DNA from: Myxococcota bacterium | GTDB lineage: Bacteria > Myxococcota_A > Polyangia > Polyangiales > Sandaracinaceae | DNA: 25,926 nt | Direction of reading: 5' to 3' | Assembly: GCA_036149055.1 (NCBI GenBank) | Contig: JAYZQJ010000226.1 | Location: 1 to 25,926, forward strand | Shown: piece by piece, positions 18,376 through 25,926 of the stretch | Layout: every line of letters begins with the position of its first letter | How positions within the stretch are numbered: the stretch's first letter is position 1 | The notes under the pieces: model-generated | The model's database searches: none | The model's input: the letters and a program-made list of their open reading frames with translations, nothing else | Told to the model about the DNA's origin: nothing | Program-made: the position numbers and the translations under genes

Positions 18376-19224
18376 ATGCCCGACCTGCCCACGCCGCTGA
18401 TCTCCCCGGAGGCGCTCCTCGACCGAGGCCTCGGCTCGGTGCTCCTGCTCGACGCGCGGTCCCGGCCCGACGCGGGGGAGCGCTTCCTCGCCGGCCACCT
18501 CGAGGGCGCCCGCCTGGTCGACCTCGAGCGGGACCTCAGCGGCGACGCGAGTCACCCCGAGCGCGGCGGCCGTCACCCGCTGCCGCCGGTGCGGGAGTGG
18601 GCCGAGCGCGTCGGTCAGTGGGGCATCGGCCCGGACACCGACGTGGTGGTCTACGACGATCGAGGCGGCGCGCTCGCGGCCGCGCGGTGCTGGTGGATGC
18701 TGCGCGCGCTCGGCCACCGGCGGGTCGCGGTGCTCGACGGCGGGCTCGCGGCGGCCGAGGCGGCGGGCCTGCCGATCTCGCGCAAGGACGATCGCGGCAC
18801 CGTGCAGCCGGTCGGCCCCTACCCCGCCGACGCGTGGCAGCTCCCCCGCGTCGACGTGACCGAGGTCGAGCGGGCGCTCGCCGATCCGTCCTGGCGCGTG
18901 ATCGACGTGCGGGCCCGCGCGCGCTACCGCGGCGACGAGGAGCCGCTCGATCCGATCGCCGGCCACATCCCCGGCGCGGTCGGGCTGCCGCTCACCGATC
19001 ACCTCGGCCCGGACGGCCGCTTCCTCTCGCCGGAGCAGCTCCGGGCCCGCTACGGCGACGTGCCGCCCGAGCGCACCATCCTGAGCTGCGGCTCCGGCGT
19101 CACCGCGTGTCACACGCTCCTCGCGCTCGAGGCGGCCGGTCTCGACGGCGCGCCGCTCTACGTCGGCAGCTTCAGCGAGTGGTCACGGAGCGGCCGCGAC
19201 GTGAAGACGGGCGACGAGCCTTGA
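18376..19224 (+). CDS. sseA: 3-mercaptopyruvate/thiosulfate sulfurtransferase (tandem rhodanese, SseA-like)
   Basis: GHLEGA, GRHPLP, VVVYDD, AARCWWML, LDGG, GHIPGA, active-site loop CGSGVTAC and YVGSFSEW. Confidence 0.92.
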   Translation: MPDLPTPLISPEALLDRGLGSVLLLDARSRPDAGERFLAGHLEGARLVDLERDLSGDASHPERGGRHPLPPVREWAERVGQWGIGPDTDVVVYDDRGGALAAARCWWMLRALGHRRVAVLDGGLAAAEAAGLPISRKDDRGTVQPVGPYPADAWQLPRVDVTEVERALADPSWRVIDVRARARYRGDEEPLDPIAGHIPGAVGLPLTDHLGPDGRFLSPEQLRARYGDVPPERTILSCGSGVTACHTLLALEAAGLDGAPLYVGSFSEWSRSGRDVKTGDEP

Positions 19225-19253
19225 CGCTCGTCCGCTCCACCTACTGGGGCGGC

Positions 19254-20489
19254 ATGCCCTTCGATTTCCGCGCGCCGCCCGAGCGCGCGTCCGTGCGCCC
19301 GGTGAAGCTGCGCACGCCCGACCTCCGGGAGGTGCGCGGCTTGCGCTGGACGCCCGAGCGGGGGGCGCGCGCTGGCGTGCTCCTGATGCACCCGCGCGTC
19401 GACTTCACCCGGCACTACGCCATCCCGCGCCTGGTCGCCGCCGGCTTCGACGTGCTCGCGCTGAACAGCCGGAGCCCGAACGACGACACGGACTCGGTGC
19501 ACGAAGAGCTCGTGCTGGACGTGGCCGCCGGGGTCGACGCGCTCCGCCGGGAACACGCGAAGGTCGCCCTCTTCGGCAACTCCGGCGGGGGCTCGTTGAT
19601 GGCGCTCTTCCAGCGGGAGGCCTCGAGGCCGCCCTCGGAGCGCACCGCGAGGCACGTGTGGGGAGCGAAGACTCCGCTGCCGCGGGTCACGCTCCAGCCG
19701 GCGGACGCGCTCCTCCTCGTGGCCGCGCACCGGGGTGAGGGTCACGTGCTGATGCGCAGCGTCGATCCGTCGGTCACCGACGAGGCCGATCCCGCCGCGA
19801 CCGATCCCGCGGTCGACATGTACGCGCCCGCCAACGGCTTCCGGGAGCCGCCCGCCGAGTCGCGCTACGATGCGGCCTTCGTGCAGCGCTACCGGGACGC
19901 GCAGCGAGCGCGCGTCGCCCGGATCGACGAGCGCGCGAGAGCCCTGCTGGCCGAGGCGAACGAGGCGCGGCGGGCCACCCAGGCGCCGGGCTTCGACGCG
20001 CTGCCGTTCGCGGAGCGGCAGGCGCTCGAGCGCGCACGGCACACCCGGCACGTGATGGTCGTCTACCGGACGATGGCCAACCTCGACTACGTGGATCGGT
20101 CGCTCGATCCATCGCCCCGCGCGTACGGCTCGCTGCTGAGTGAGCGCCCCGACCTGATGAACCGCTCCCTCCCCGGCTTCGCGCGCACCGTCACCCCGCG
20201 CGCCTGGCTGAGCACCTGGTCGGGCCTCTCGTCCCGCGCCGATCTCGCGCGGACCCTCCCCGAGCTCGACGGCCCGATCTTCGTGGCCCACGCGGAGCGC
20301 GACTGCGAGATCTTCCCGCGGGCCGACCGGGAGGTGATCGACGGCGCCATCGCGAGCGACGACTCCACGGTGGTGGTCATCGAGGGCGCGCGGCACTACT
20401 TCGAGCCCGACCTCGGCGCGACGGACGCGCCGCACGTGGAGGCCCTGATGGATCGCGTGGTGCCCTGGCTGGAAGAGCGGCTGGGATGA
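19254..20489 (+). CDS. Alpha/beta hydrolase of unknown specificity
   Basis: Nucleophile elbow GNSGGG, candidate Asp in ERDCEI and His in GARHYF, with a large helical lid insertion. ATG at 19254 lies within ORF 17907..20489. Confidence 0.85.
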   Translation: MPFDFRAPPERASVRPVKLRTPDLREVRGLRWTPERGARAGVLLMHPRVDFTRHYAIPRLVAAGFDVLALNSRSPNDDTDSVHEELVLDVAAGVDALRREHAKVALFGNSGGGSLMALFQREASRPPSERTARHVWGAKTPLPRVTLQPADALLLVAAHRGEGHVLMRSVDPSVTDEADPAATDPAVDMYAPANGFREPPAESRYDAAFVQRYRDAQRARVARIDERARALLAEANEARRATQAPGFDALPFAERQALERARHTRHVMVVYRTMANLDYVDRSLDPSPRAYGSLLSERPDLMNRSLPGFARTVTPRAWLSTWSGLSSRADLARTLPELDGPIFVAHAERDCEIFPRADREVIDGAIASDDSTVVVIEGARHYFEPDLGATDAPHVEALMDRVVPWLEERLG

Positions 20490-21241
20490 GCGAGACCGAG
20501 CTGCTGTCGTACGCCGCGATCTTCGGCGCCGGGGTCGCGGCCGGCTTCATCAACACCATGGCGGGAGGCGGATCGCTCCTGACCCTGCCCGCGCTGATGC
20601 TGCTGGGCATGCCGGCGACCGACGCGAACGGCACCAACCGCCTCTCGGTGGTCACCCAGTCGCTCAGCGGCGTGCTCGCGTTCCATCGCGAGGGGCGGCT
20701 CGACACCAAGGCGATCCTCCCGGTCGCCGGGCCCACCATCGTCGGCGCGGTCGTCGGCTCGTGGGTCGCGGCCATCTCGCCCGAGGAGTTGCTCAAGCCG
20801 GTGCTGCTCGGCACCCTCGTGCTCGTCGCGCTGCTGATGCTGGTGAAGCCGAAGCTCGTCTCACCGGACGGCGACGAGCCGCAGCGGCCGATGAGCGCCG
20901 GCGCCATGCTCGGCCTCTTCGGCGCGGGCCTCTACGGCGGCTTCATCCAGGCCGGCGTGGGCTTCGTGTTGCTCGCGGTGCTCGGCGGCCTGCTGCGTTA
21001 CGACGCGGTCCGAGGCAACGCCCTCAAGCTCGTCTGCACCCTGCTCTTCAGCCTCGCCGCGCTCGCCATCTTCGTCTGGCACGATCAGGTCCGCTGGATC
21101 CCGGCGGCGGTGCTGGCGGTGGCCACCGTGATCGGCAGCCAGCTCGGCGTGCGCTTCGCGGTGAAGGCGAACGCCACCGTGCTCCGCGCCGTCATCTTCG
21201 TCTGCGTCGCCGCGAGCTGCGTCGCCGCGCTCCTGAAGTGA
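20486..21241 (+). CDS. TauE/SafE (TSUP) family sulfite/organosulfur exporter
   Basis: AGFINTMAGGGSLLTLPAL, ANGTNR and GLYGGFIQAGVG motifs with about 8 hydrophobic segments. ATG overlaps the hydrolase stop. Confidence 0.92.
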   Translation: MSETELLSYAAIFGAGVAAGFINTMAGGGSLLTLPALMLLGMPATDANGTNRLSVVTQSLSGVLAFHREGRLDTKAILPVAGPTIVGAVVGSWVAAISPEELLKPVLLGTLVLVALLMLVKPKLVSPDGDEPQRPMSAGAMLGLFGAGLYGGFIQAGVGFVLLAVLGGLLRYDAVRGNALKLVCTLLFSLAALAIFVWHDQVRWIPAAVLAVATVIGSQLGVRFAVKANATVLRAVIFVCVAASCVAALLK

Positions 21242-21250
21242 GGCGCGGGC

Positions 21251-23035
21251 TCACCGCGCGAAGCAGGCGCCGCCCTGGATGACGTTGTCGCCGTTGGCGA
21301 AGCGCGAGTAGACGGTGCCCTCGGGGCACGCGGCCGCGTCGAGCGCGACGGCCCCGCAGGTGCCGGCGCAGACGTTGCCGTTGGGGTCGCCGCACTCGGT
21401 GGCCCAGCTGCACGCGTCGCCCACGCGGTCGAGCGCCGCGTAGGGGTGCAGGCGCGCGTTCCCGTCGATCCCGGTCACGCCGTAGAAGACCTGCTTCTCC
21501 TCGTTGATCTGGATCTCGTTGAACGCGCGGATGAGGTCACCGTACGACCAGGCGACGTGGTTGCCCGCGCCGTCGGTCTGGACGAGCGCCCCGAGCAGCA
21601 TGTCGCTGCCCTCCCCGTAGGAGAAGTTGACGGTCGTGATGACGTCGAGGTTCGACTCGTCCTTCGCCGGGTGGGCGTAGACCATGTCGGCATACTGCGA
21701 GTAGGTCTGGCAGCCGTTGGCGACGAAGAGCTGCTGGCGATCGGTGAACGCCGCGGTGGCGAAGTCGTCCTCGCGGACCTCGGCGGCGCCGGCGGCGTCG
21801 AGATAGAAGCCGTACCAGGGCCCGGCGTGGCCGTTGTAGAAGAAGACGTCGCGGCCCGCGATCTCGTCGAGCGCCCGCTGACGCTGACCGGCGCGGTCCT
21901 CGCGGAACATCTCGCTGTGGAAGATGCGGACCTCGACCCGGACCGGCGCGCCGTCGGCGACGATCGAGCCGACCAGCGGGCCGCTGTCGGGGTGGAGCCG
22001 CGCGACCTGGTCCACGAGGTCCGACAGCTCCGCCGCCTGCTCGCCGAGCGCCTCGTTCAGCTGCGACTGCACGAACGCGTCGGGGGCGTCGAGCAGGTCG
22101 AGCTCGTCGGCGCGGAAGCCGTTCTGGAAGACGAGGAGGTGGTAGGCGATCATGGCCTCCCAGAGATCGGCGCGGAACTCGTTGTACTCGTGCCCCTGGA
22201 AGACGGTGATGTCGAAGACGCCGTCCTCGAAGAACGCGGCGTAGGCGGGGAAGCTGTTGCGCGCCTCGGGGACCGACTCGAGCGTGCACGGCACCGCCTC
22301 GAGCTCGCCCGTGTAGGTGTCCGGGTCGAAGCTGCGCACGGTCGAGAGCGAGCCCTCCCCGTCGGAGGTGGCGCCCGCGGGCATGCGGAGGTCGAACTCG
22401 CGGCCGAGGAGCGCCGGCAGGTTGCGCGGTCCGGCGAGCTGGACGGCGAAGCGCACCCGCAGCTCGCCGCCCTCGGCACCGAAGGCCGCCTGGCCGAGCT
22501 CGAGCAGCTGGTCGAGCGCCACCGGCCCCACGTAGCGGACCGCGTCGACCTCCTCGATCGTCTCGAACGGCCGACCCGCGACCAGGCCCTCGGCGGCGCG
22601 GCGGTCGAGCACCGCGTCCAGCTCCTCGAAGCCGAGCTCGTTGGCGGCCCGGAGGCGCAGCGCGTCGTCGCTCTCGGGCGCGCCGCCGATCAGCTCGAGC
22701 GTCTCGCTCGTCCGGTTGCGGACCATCGCCGCGTGGCCGCCGTACTCGAGGTTGGTGAAGAACCCGTCGATCTTCTTGGTGACGAAGGTCGTCAGGTAGA
22801 GCACCGCGGCGTCGACCCGGCGCTGGGCGGCCTCGCGGCGCTCGGCGGCGCTGGCGTCGGCCGCCGCCTCCACGGTGAGCTCGCCGCGCACCTCGAACTC
22901 GGCGGCCACGTCCGAGTAGAAGTCGTCCGCCTTGCCCTCCGGCACCCGCTCGACGGGCGCGCCCGGCTCGACGGGGGCAGGGCCGGCGCAGCCGGCGAGG
23001 GCCAGGAGGAGCACGAGGAAGAGCGGTCGGCGCAT
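21251..23035 (-). CDS. Myxobacterial 'GKAD' lipoprotein with inserted helix-hairpin-helix module and putative His/Cys (clan CD-like) domain
   Basis: Lipobox LAGC; EGKADDFY; HhH-like RPFETIEEVDAVRYVGPVALDQL; FFYNGHAG and FVANGCQTY; Cys-rich C-terminus. Confidence 0.8.
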   Translation of the reverse strand: MRRPLFLVLLLALAGCAGPAPVEPGAPVERVPEGKADDFYSDVAAEFEVRGELTVEAAADASAAERREAAQRRVDAAVLYLTTFVTKKIDGFFTNLEYGGHAAMVRNRTSETLELIGGAPESDDALRLRAANELGFEELDAVLDRRAAEGLVAGRPFETIEEVDAVRYVGPVALDQLLELGQAAFGAEGGELRVRFAVQLAGPRNLPALLGREFDLRMPAGATSDGEGSLSTVRSFDPDTYTGELEAVPCTLESVPEARNSFPAYAAFFEDGVFDITVFQGHEYNEFRADLWEAMIAYHLLVFQNGFRADELDLLDAPDAFVQSQLNEALGEQAAELSDLVDQVARLHPDSGPLVGSIVADGAPVRVEVRIFHSEMFREDRAGQRQRALDEIAGRDVFFYNGHAGPWYGFYLDAAGAAEVREDDFATAAFTDRQQLFVANGCQTYSQYADMVYAHPAKDESNLDVITTVNFSYGEGSDMLLGALVQTDGAGNHVAWSYGDLIRAFNEIQINEEKQVFYGVTGIDGNARLHPYAALDRVGDACSWATECGDPNGNVCAGTCGAVALDAAACPEGTVYSRFANGDNVIQGGACFAR

Positions 23036-23048
23036 GATCCGGTGGAAA

Positions 23049-23064
23049 AGCCAGGACCGTGCCA
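23049..23064 (-). promoter_or_regulatory. Putative sigma54 promoter for the 23035 lipoprotein gene
   Basis: Minus strand reads TGGCACG-GTCC-TGGCT; the predicted +1 (~23038) is about 3 nt upstream of the ATG. Confidence 0.55.
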
Positions 23065-23292
23065 GCGAGACCTCCCGGCGCTCTCGGGACCGAGATCACC
23101 GGGAGGTGGCCAGCGCATCCGCCACCTGGGCGCCACCTGGGCGCGGTTAACGCGCCTACATGATCGTGTAGGTGACCTGGACGCCGTACGCGTAGACGGC
23201 GCCGCTGCCGCTCAGGCCGATCCCGACGGTGACGTGACCGTCGGCTATCTTGGAGTCGTCAGCCGCCCCGGCGAGGACCTGAGCTCGAGGAG

Positions 23293-23523
23293 ATGCTGGC
23301 GCGCAAGAAGCGAGAGGAAGGACGCGCGGAAGGACGCGCGGAGGGACGCGCGGAAGGACGCGCGGAGGGACGCGCGGAGATCGTGCTCAAGCTGCTCGGT
23401 CTGAAGTTCGGCGAGCTCGACGAGCGGACGGTGGCGCGCGTTCGCGGCGGCTCGGAGGCCGAGCTGGATCTCTGGGCCGAACGGGTCCTCACCGCGAGCG
23501 CGCTCTCGGAGATCTTCGCGTAG
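23293..23523 (+). CDS. Stand-alone C-terminal domain of an Rpn/YhgA-like protein (DUF4351-like); mini-gene or remnant
   Basis: REEG(RAEG)n followed by IVLKLLGLKFGELDERTVARVRGGSEAELDLWAERVLTASALSEIF. An in-frame stop at 23230-23232 means no nuclease domain is attached. Confidence 0.75.
   Translation: MLARKKREEGRAEGRAEGRAEGRAEGRAEIVLKLLGLKFGELDERTVARVRGGSEAELDLWAERVLTASALSEIFA
23317..23376 (+). repeat. 12-bp tandem repeat x5 encoding EGRA
   Basis: GA(A/G)GGACGCGCG repeated five times. Confidence 0.95.
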
Positions 23524-23604
23524 CGCGTGTGCGCGCGCGTTCGCCGCACAGTGCGCGCACGACGTTCGAACGCTCAGCGGCGTCGATGACGCGGCCCGGA
23601 GGGC

Positions 23605-23620
23605 GGGCACGAGGGTTGCT
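23605..23620 (+). promoter_or_regulatory. Putative sigma54 promoter of the FAAL-ACP-PKS operon
   Basis: GGGCACG-AGGG-TTGCT is a close match to TGGCACG-N4-TTGCW. Predicted +1 is ~23631 and the ATG is at 23635. Confidence 0.65.
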
Positions 23621-23634
23621 GTTGGGTGCGGCCG

Positions 23635-25434
23635 ATGGCGGCCATCGAACCCAGCACCTCCGAACCGCGCCTCCTGCTCGACGTGCTCGAGACGATCTCG
23701 ACCGGCGACTACGCGTTCGTCGACGGTCGCGACCGGGTGAGCGAGGTCCCGTACGCGTCGCTGCGGGAGCGCGTGGGGCGGGTGGCGGCGGCGCTGGCGC
23801 GTCAGGGAATCCGGCCGGGGGATCGGGTCGGGCTGATGTCGTCGGACAAGCGCGAGCTGCTGCTCACGTTCCTGGGCGTGGTCGCCGCGGGCGCCATCCC
23901 GGTGCCGGTCGCCGAGGCCCACCTCATGGCGGACCTCGACGCGCACCTCGCGAGCTGCGCCGCCATCCTCCGCCGCGCCGGGGCCCGCGCGCTGGTGGCG
24001 AGCCGAGGCCTCGTCCCCGTGGTCTGGTCGCTGCGGGCCGAGGTGGAGGGCGCGCGCGTGCTCGACGGCGGCGCGCTGCTCGAGGACGACGCGGGCGACC
24101 GTTGGGTGGAGGCCGAGGCCGACGCGCCGTGCTTCTTGCAGTTCACCTCGGGCTCCACGGCCGCGCCCAAGGGCGTCGTCGTCACTCACCGGAGCCTCGC
24201 GGCGAACGCGGTCGGCATCATGCGGCACGGCCTCGAGGTCCGCGAAGGCGATCGCGCGCTCGCGTGGCTGCCGCTCTTCCACGACATGGGCCTGATCGGC
24301 TTCGGGCTCGCCCCGCTCTGGGCCGCGCTCCCGGTCGTGCTGCTGCCCACGATCTCGTTCCTGAAGCGACCGCACAGCTGGATGGCGGCGATGTCGCGCT
24401 TCGAGGCCACGATCACCTTCGCGCCCAACTTCGCCTACGGGCTGGCGGCGCGGCGCGCACGCGTGGACGGCCTCGACCTGTCTCGCGTCCGGGTGGCCGG
24501 CTGCGGCGCCGAGCCGATCGCGGCCGCGACCCTGGAGGCGTTCTGTCGCGCGTACGCGCCGGCGGGCTTCCGCGCCGAGGCGATGATGCCCTGCTACGGC
24601 CTCGCGGAGACCACGCTCGCGGCGACCTTCGCGCCCCGGCTGCGCCCCCTCGAGGTGCTGCACGCCGAGGCCGAGGCGCTCGAAGTCTCCGGCGAGGTCC
24701 GCCCGACCTCCGCGACGGCCGGGGCCCGCGGCTGCGTCTCGTGCGGCGTGCCCTTCCCCGGCCACGAGGTCCGAGTGATCGACGCCGACGGCCGACGCCT
24801 CGACGAGGACCAGGTCGGTGAGGTGGTGGTGCGCGGCCCCTCGGTCGCGGGCGGCTACTGGGACGATCCCGACGCGAGCCGCGACGTCTTCGTCGACGAC
24901 GGGCTGCGCACCGGCGACCTCGGCTTCCTCCACCAGGGCGAGCTCTACCTGCTCGGCCGCGAGAAGGAGCTCATCATCCTGCACGGGCGCAACCACCACC
25001 CGCACGTGTTCGAGCTCGAGGCCGCCGAGATCGACGGCGTCCGGCGCGGCAACGTGGTCGCGTTCTCTCGTCTGGGCCCGGGCGGCGACGAGCTGGTGAT
25101 CGTGGCCGAGCTCAGCGGGCGGCCGGACCGCGACCCGGTGGAGCGCGCCGAGGTGGAGCGGGCGCTGCGCGCGCGCATCAAGCGACGCACGGGAGCGGTC
25201 GTGAAGGACGTCTACCTCGTCGACGAGGGGACGCTGCCGAAGACGACGAGCGGGAAGCTCAAGCGGGCCGAGGTGAAGCGCGCCTGCGGGGGCGCCACGC
25301 CGAGGTTCGTGCATCCGCGGCGCGGCCCGGTGTCGCTGGGGCGCGCCGCCATCGGCGTCGGCCGCCACGTCGCGCGCGGCGTGGTCGGGCGGCTGGGACA
25401 TCTCATCGAGGCTCGAGAGGAGGCACGGGAATGA
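23635..25434 (+). CDS. Fatty acyl-AMP ligase (FAAL)
   Basis: FLQFTSGSTAAPKGVVVTH, WLPLFHDMGLIG, APNFAY, PCYGLAETTL, LRTGDLGF, GREKELII..GRN and LPKTTSGKLKR motifs; followed by an ACP. Confidence 0.93.
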   Translation: MAAIEPSTSEPRLLLDVLETISTGDYAFVDGRDRVSEVPYASLRERVGRVAAALARQGIRPGDRVGLMSSDKRELLLTFLGVVAAGAIPVPVAEAHLMADLDAHLASCAAILRRAGARALVASRGLVPVVWSLRAEVEGARVLDGGALLEDDAGDRWVEAEADAPCFLQFTSGSTAAPKGVVVTHRSLAANAVGIMRHGLEVREGDRALAWLPLFHDMGLIGFGLAPLWAALPVVLLPTISFLKRPHSWMAAMSRFEATITFAPNFAYGLAARRARVDGLDLSRVRVAGCGAEPIAAATLEAFCRAYAPAGFRAEAMMPCYGLAETTLAATFAPRLRPLEVLHAEAEALEVSGEVRPTSATAGARGCVSCGVPFPGHEVRVIDADGRRLDEDQVGEVVVRGPSVAGGYWDDPDASRDVFVDDGLRTGDLGFLHQGELYLLGREKELIILHGRNHHPHVFELEAAEIDGVRRGNVVAFSRLGPGGDELVIVAELSGRPDRDPVERAEVERALRARIKRRTGAVVKDVYLVDEGTLPKTTSGKLKRAEVKRACGGATPRFVHPRRGPVSLGRAAIGVGRHVARGVVGRLGHLIEAREEARE

Positions 25435-25670
25435 GTGAAGAGGAGTTCGTCGAAGTGATCCGGGGCGCCGTACGGCGGGTCGATCTCTCGCTCGAGGTGG
25501 AGCGCCTCGAGATGGAGTCGTCCCTCGAGGACTTCGGGATCACCTCGGTCACGATGATGGAGGTCGTCGGGGTGCTCGAGGACGACCTCGGCCTCCGCTT
25601 CGCCGACGACGACCTGGTCGTGCTCCGGACGCCGCGCGATCTCTTCGCCCTGATCCACGGCGCGTCGTGA
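25431..25670 (+). CDS. Acyl carrier protein
   Basis: 79-aa acidic protein with LEDFGITSVTMMEVVGVLEDDLG (phosphopantetheine Ser in GITS). ATGA overlap with the FAAL gene and GTGA overlap with the next gene. Confidence 0.88.
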   Translation: MSEEEFVEVIRGAVRRVDLSLEVERLEMESSLEDFGITSVTMMEVVGVLEDDLGLRFADDDLVVLRTPRDLFALIHGAS

Positions 25671-25926
25671 GCGAGCCGATCGCCGTGGTGGGCATGGCCT
25701 GCCTCTTCCCTGGCGCGTCGAGCCCGGAGGCGCTCTTCGAGCTCAGCCTGGAGGGGCGCACCTCCTTTCGCCCCATCCCGGAGTCGCGCTGGCGTCATGA
25801 CGCCTTCCACGACGCGAGCCCCCGCGGGCGCGCCCCCACCGGGGCGCCGGCCGGCGCGGTCCACCCCCACATCGAGCCCATCGCCTCGGCGTGCGTCGGC
25901 AACGCGCCCCCCCCCGCCCAGGGGCT
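25667..25926 (+). CDS. Type I polyketide synthase, ketosynthase N-terminus (partial, runs off the window)
   Basis: Not in the ORF track. My translation from GTG 25667 is VSEPIAVVGMACLFPGASSPEALFELSLEGRTSFRPIPESRW..., the canonical KS start EPIAIVGMACRFPGA...IP..RW. Confidence 0.88.
   Translation, partial: MSEPIAVVGMACLFPGASSPEALFELSLEGRTSFRPIPESRWRHDAFHDASPRGRAPTGAPAGAVHPHIEPIASACVGNAPPPAQG

Noticed and set aside
23293..23523. Active transposase or IS element
   Set aside because: Only the C-terminal helical tail is present, with no catalytic domain, terminal inverted repeats or target duplication.

Overview
Very GC-rich bacterial DNA, most likely from a myxobacterium (Myxococcota, probably Polyangia/Sandaracinaceae-like). 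The assignment is inferred from DUF4215 Cys-rich repeats, a 'GKAD' lipoprotein, a Hanks-type kinase, a CsgA-like SDR and sigma54 motifs. About 21 genes are supported: phosphodiester-glycosidase-like lipoprotein, Ser/Thr kinase, orphan MCP, glycogen phosphorylase, GH113 lipoprotein, M20 peptidase, two hypotheticals, DUF4215/NHL lipoprotein, CapA with an OmpA-like tail, HOL/TPMT-type methyltransferase, Gly-rich lipoprotein, CsgA-like SDR, a sulfurtransferase/hydrolase/TauE trio, an HhH plus putative His-Cys lipoprotein, a stand-alone Rpn C-terminal (DUF4351-like) mini-ORF, and the start of a FAAL-ACP-PKS cluster cut by the window end. The most striking non-coding signal is a modular fold-back repeat family at 1-910 and 14700-15530, built from ~105-bp units with 8-nt-periodic cores and carrying 36-65-bp long-range inverted arms; a smaller purine/pyrimidine analogue lies at 4740-4936. 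A recurring YAnnnT box 5-7 nt before many start codons suggests widespread leaderless transcription. I found no CRISPR array, rRNA, tRNA or intact transposase. All calls come from reading motifs by eye; no database search was run.
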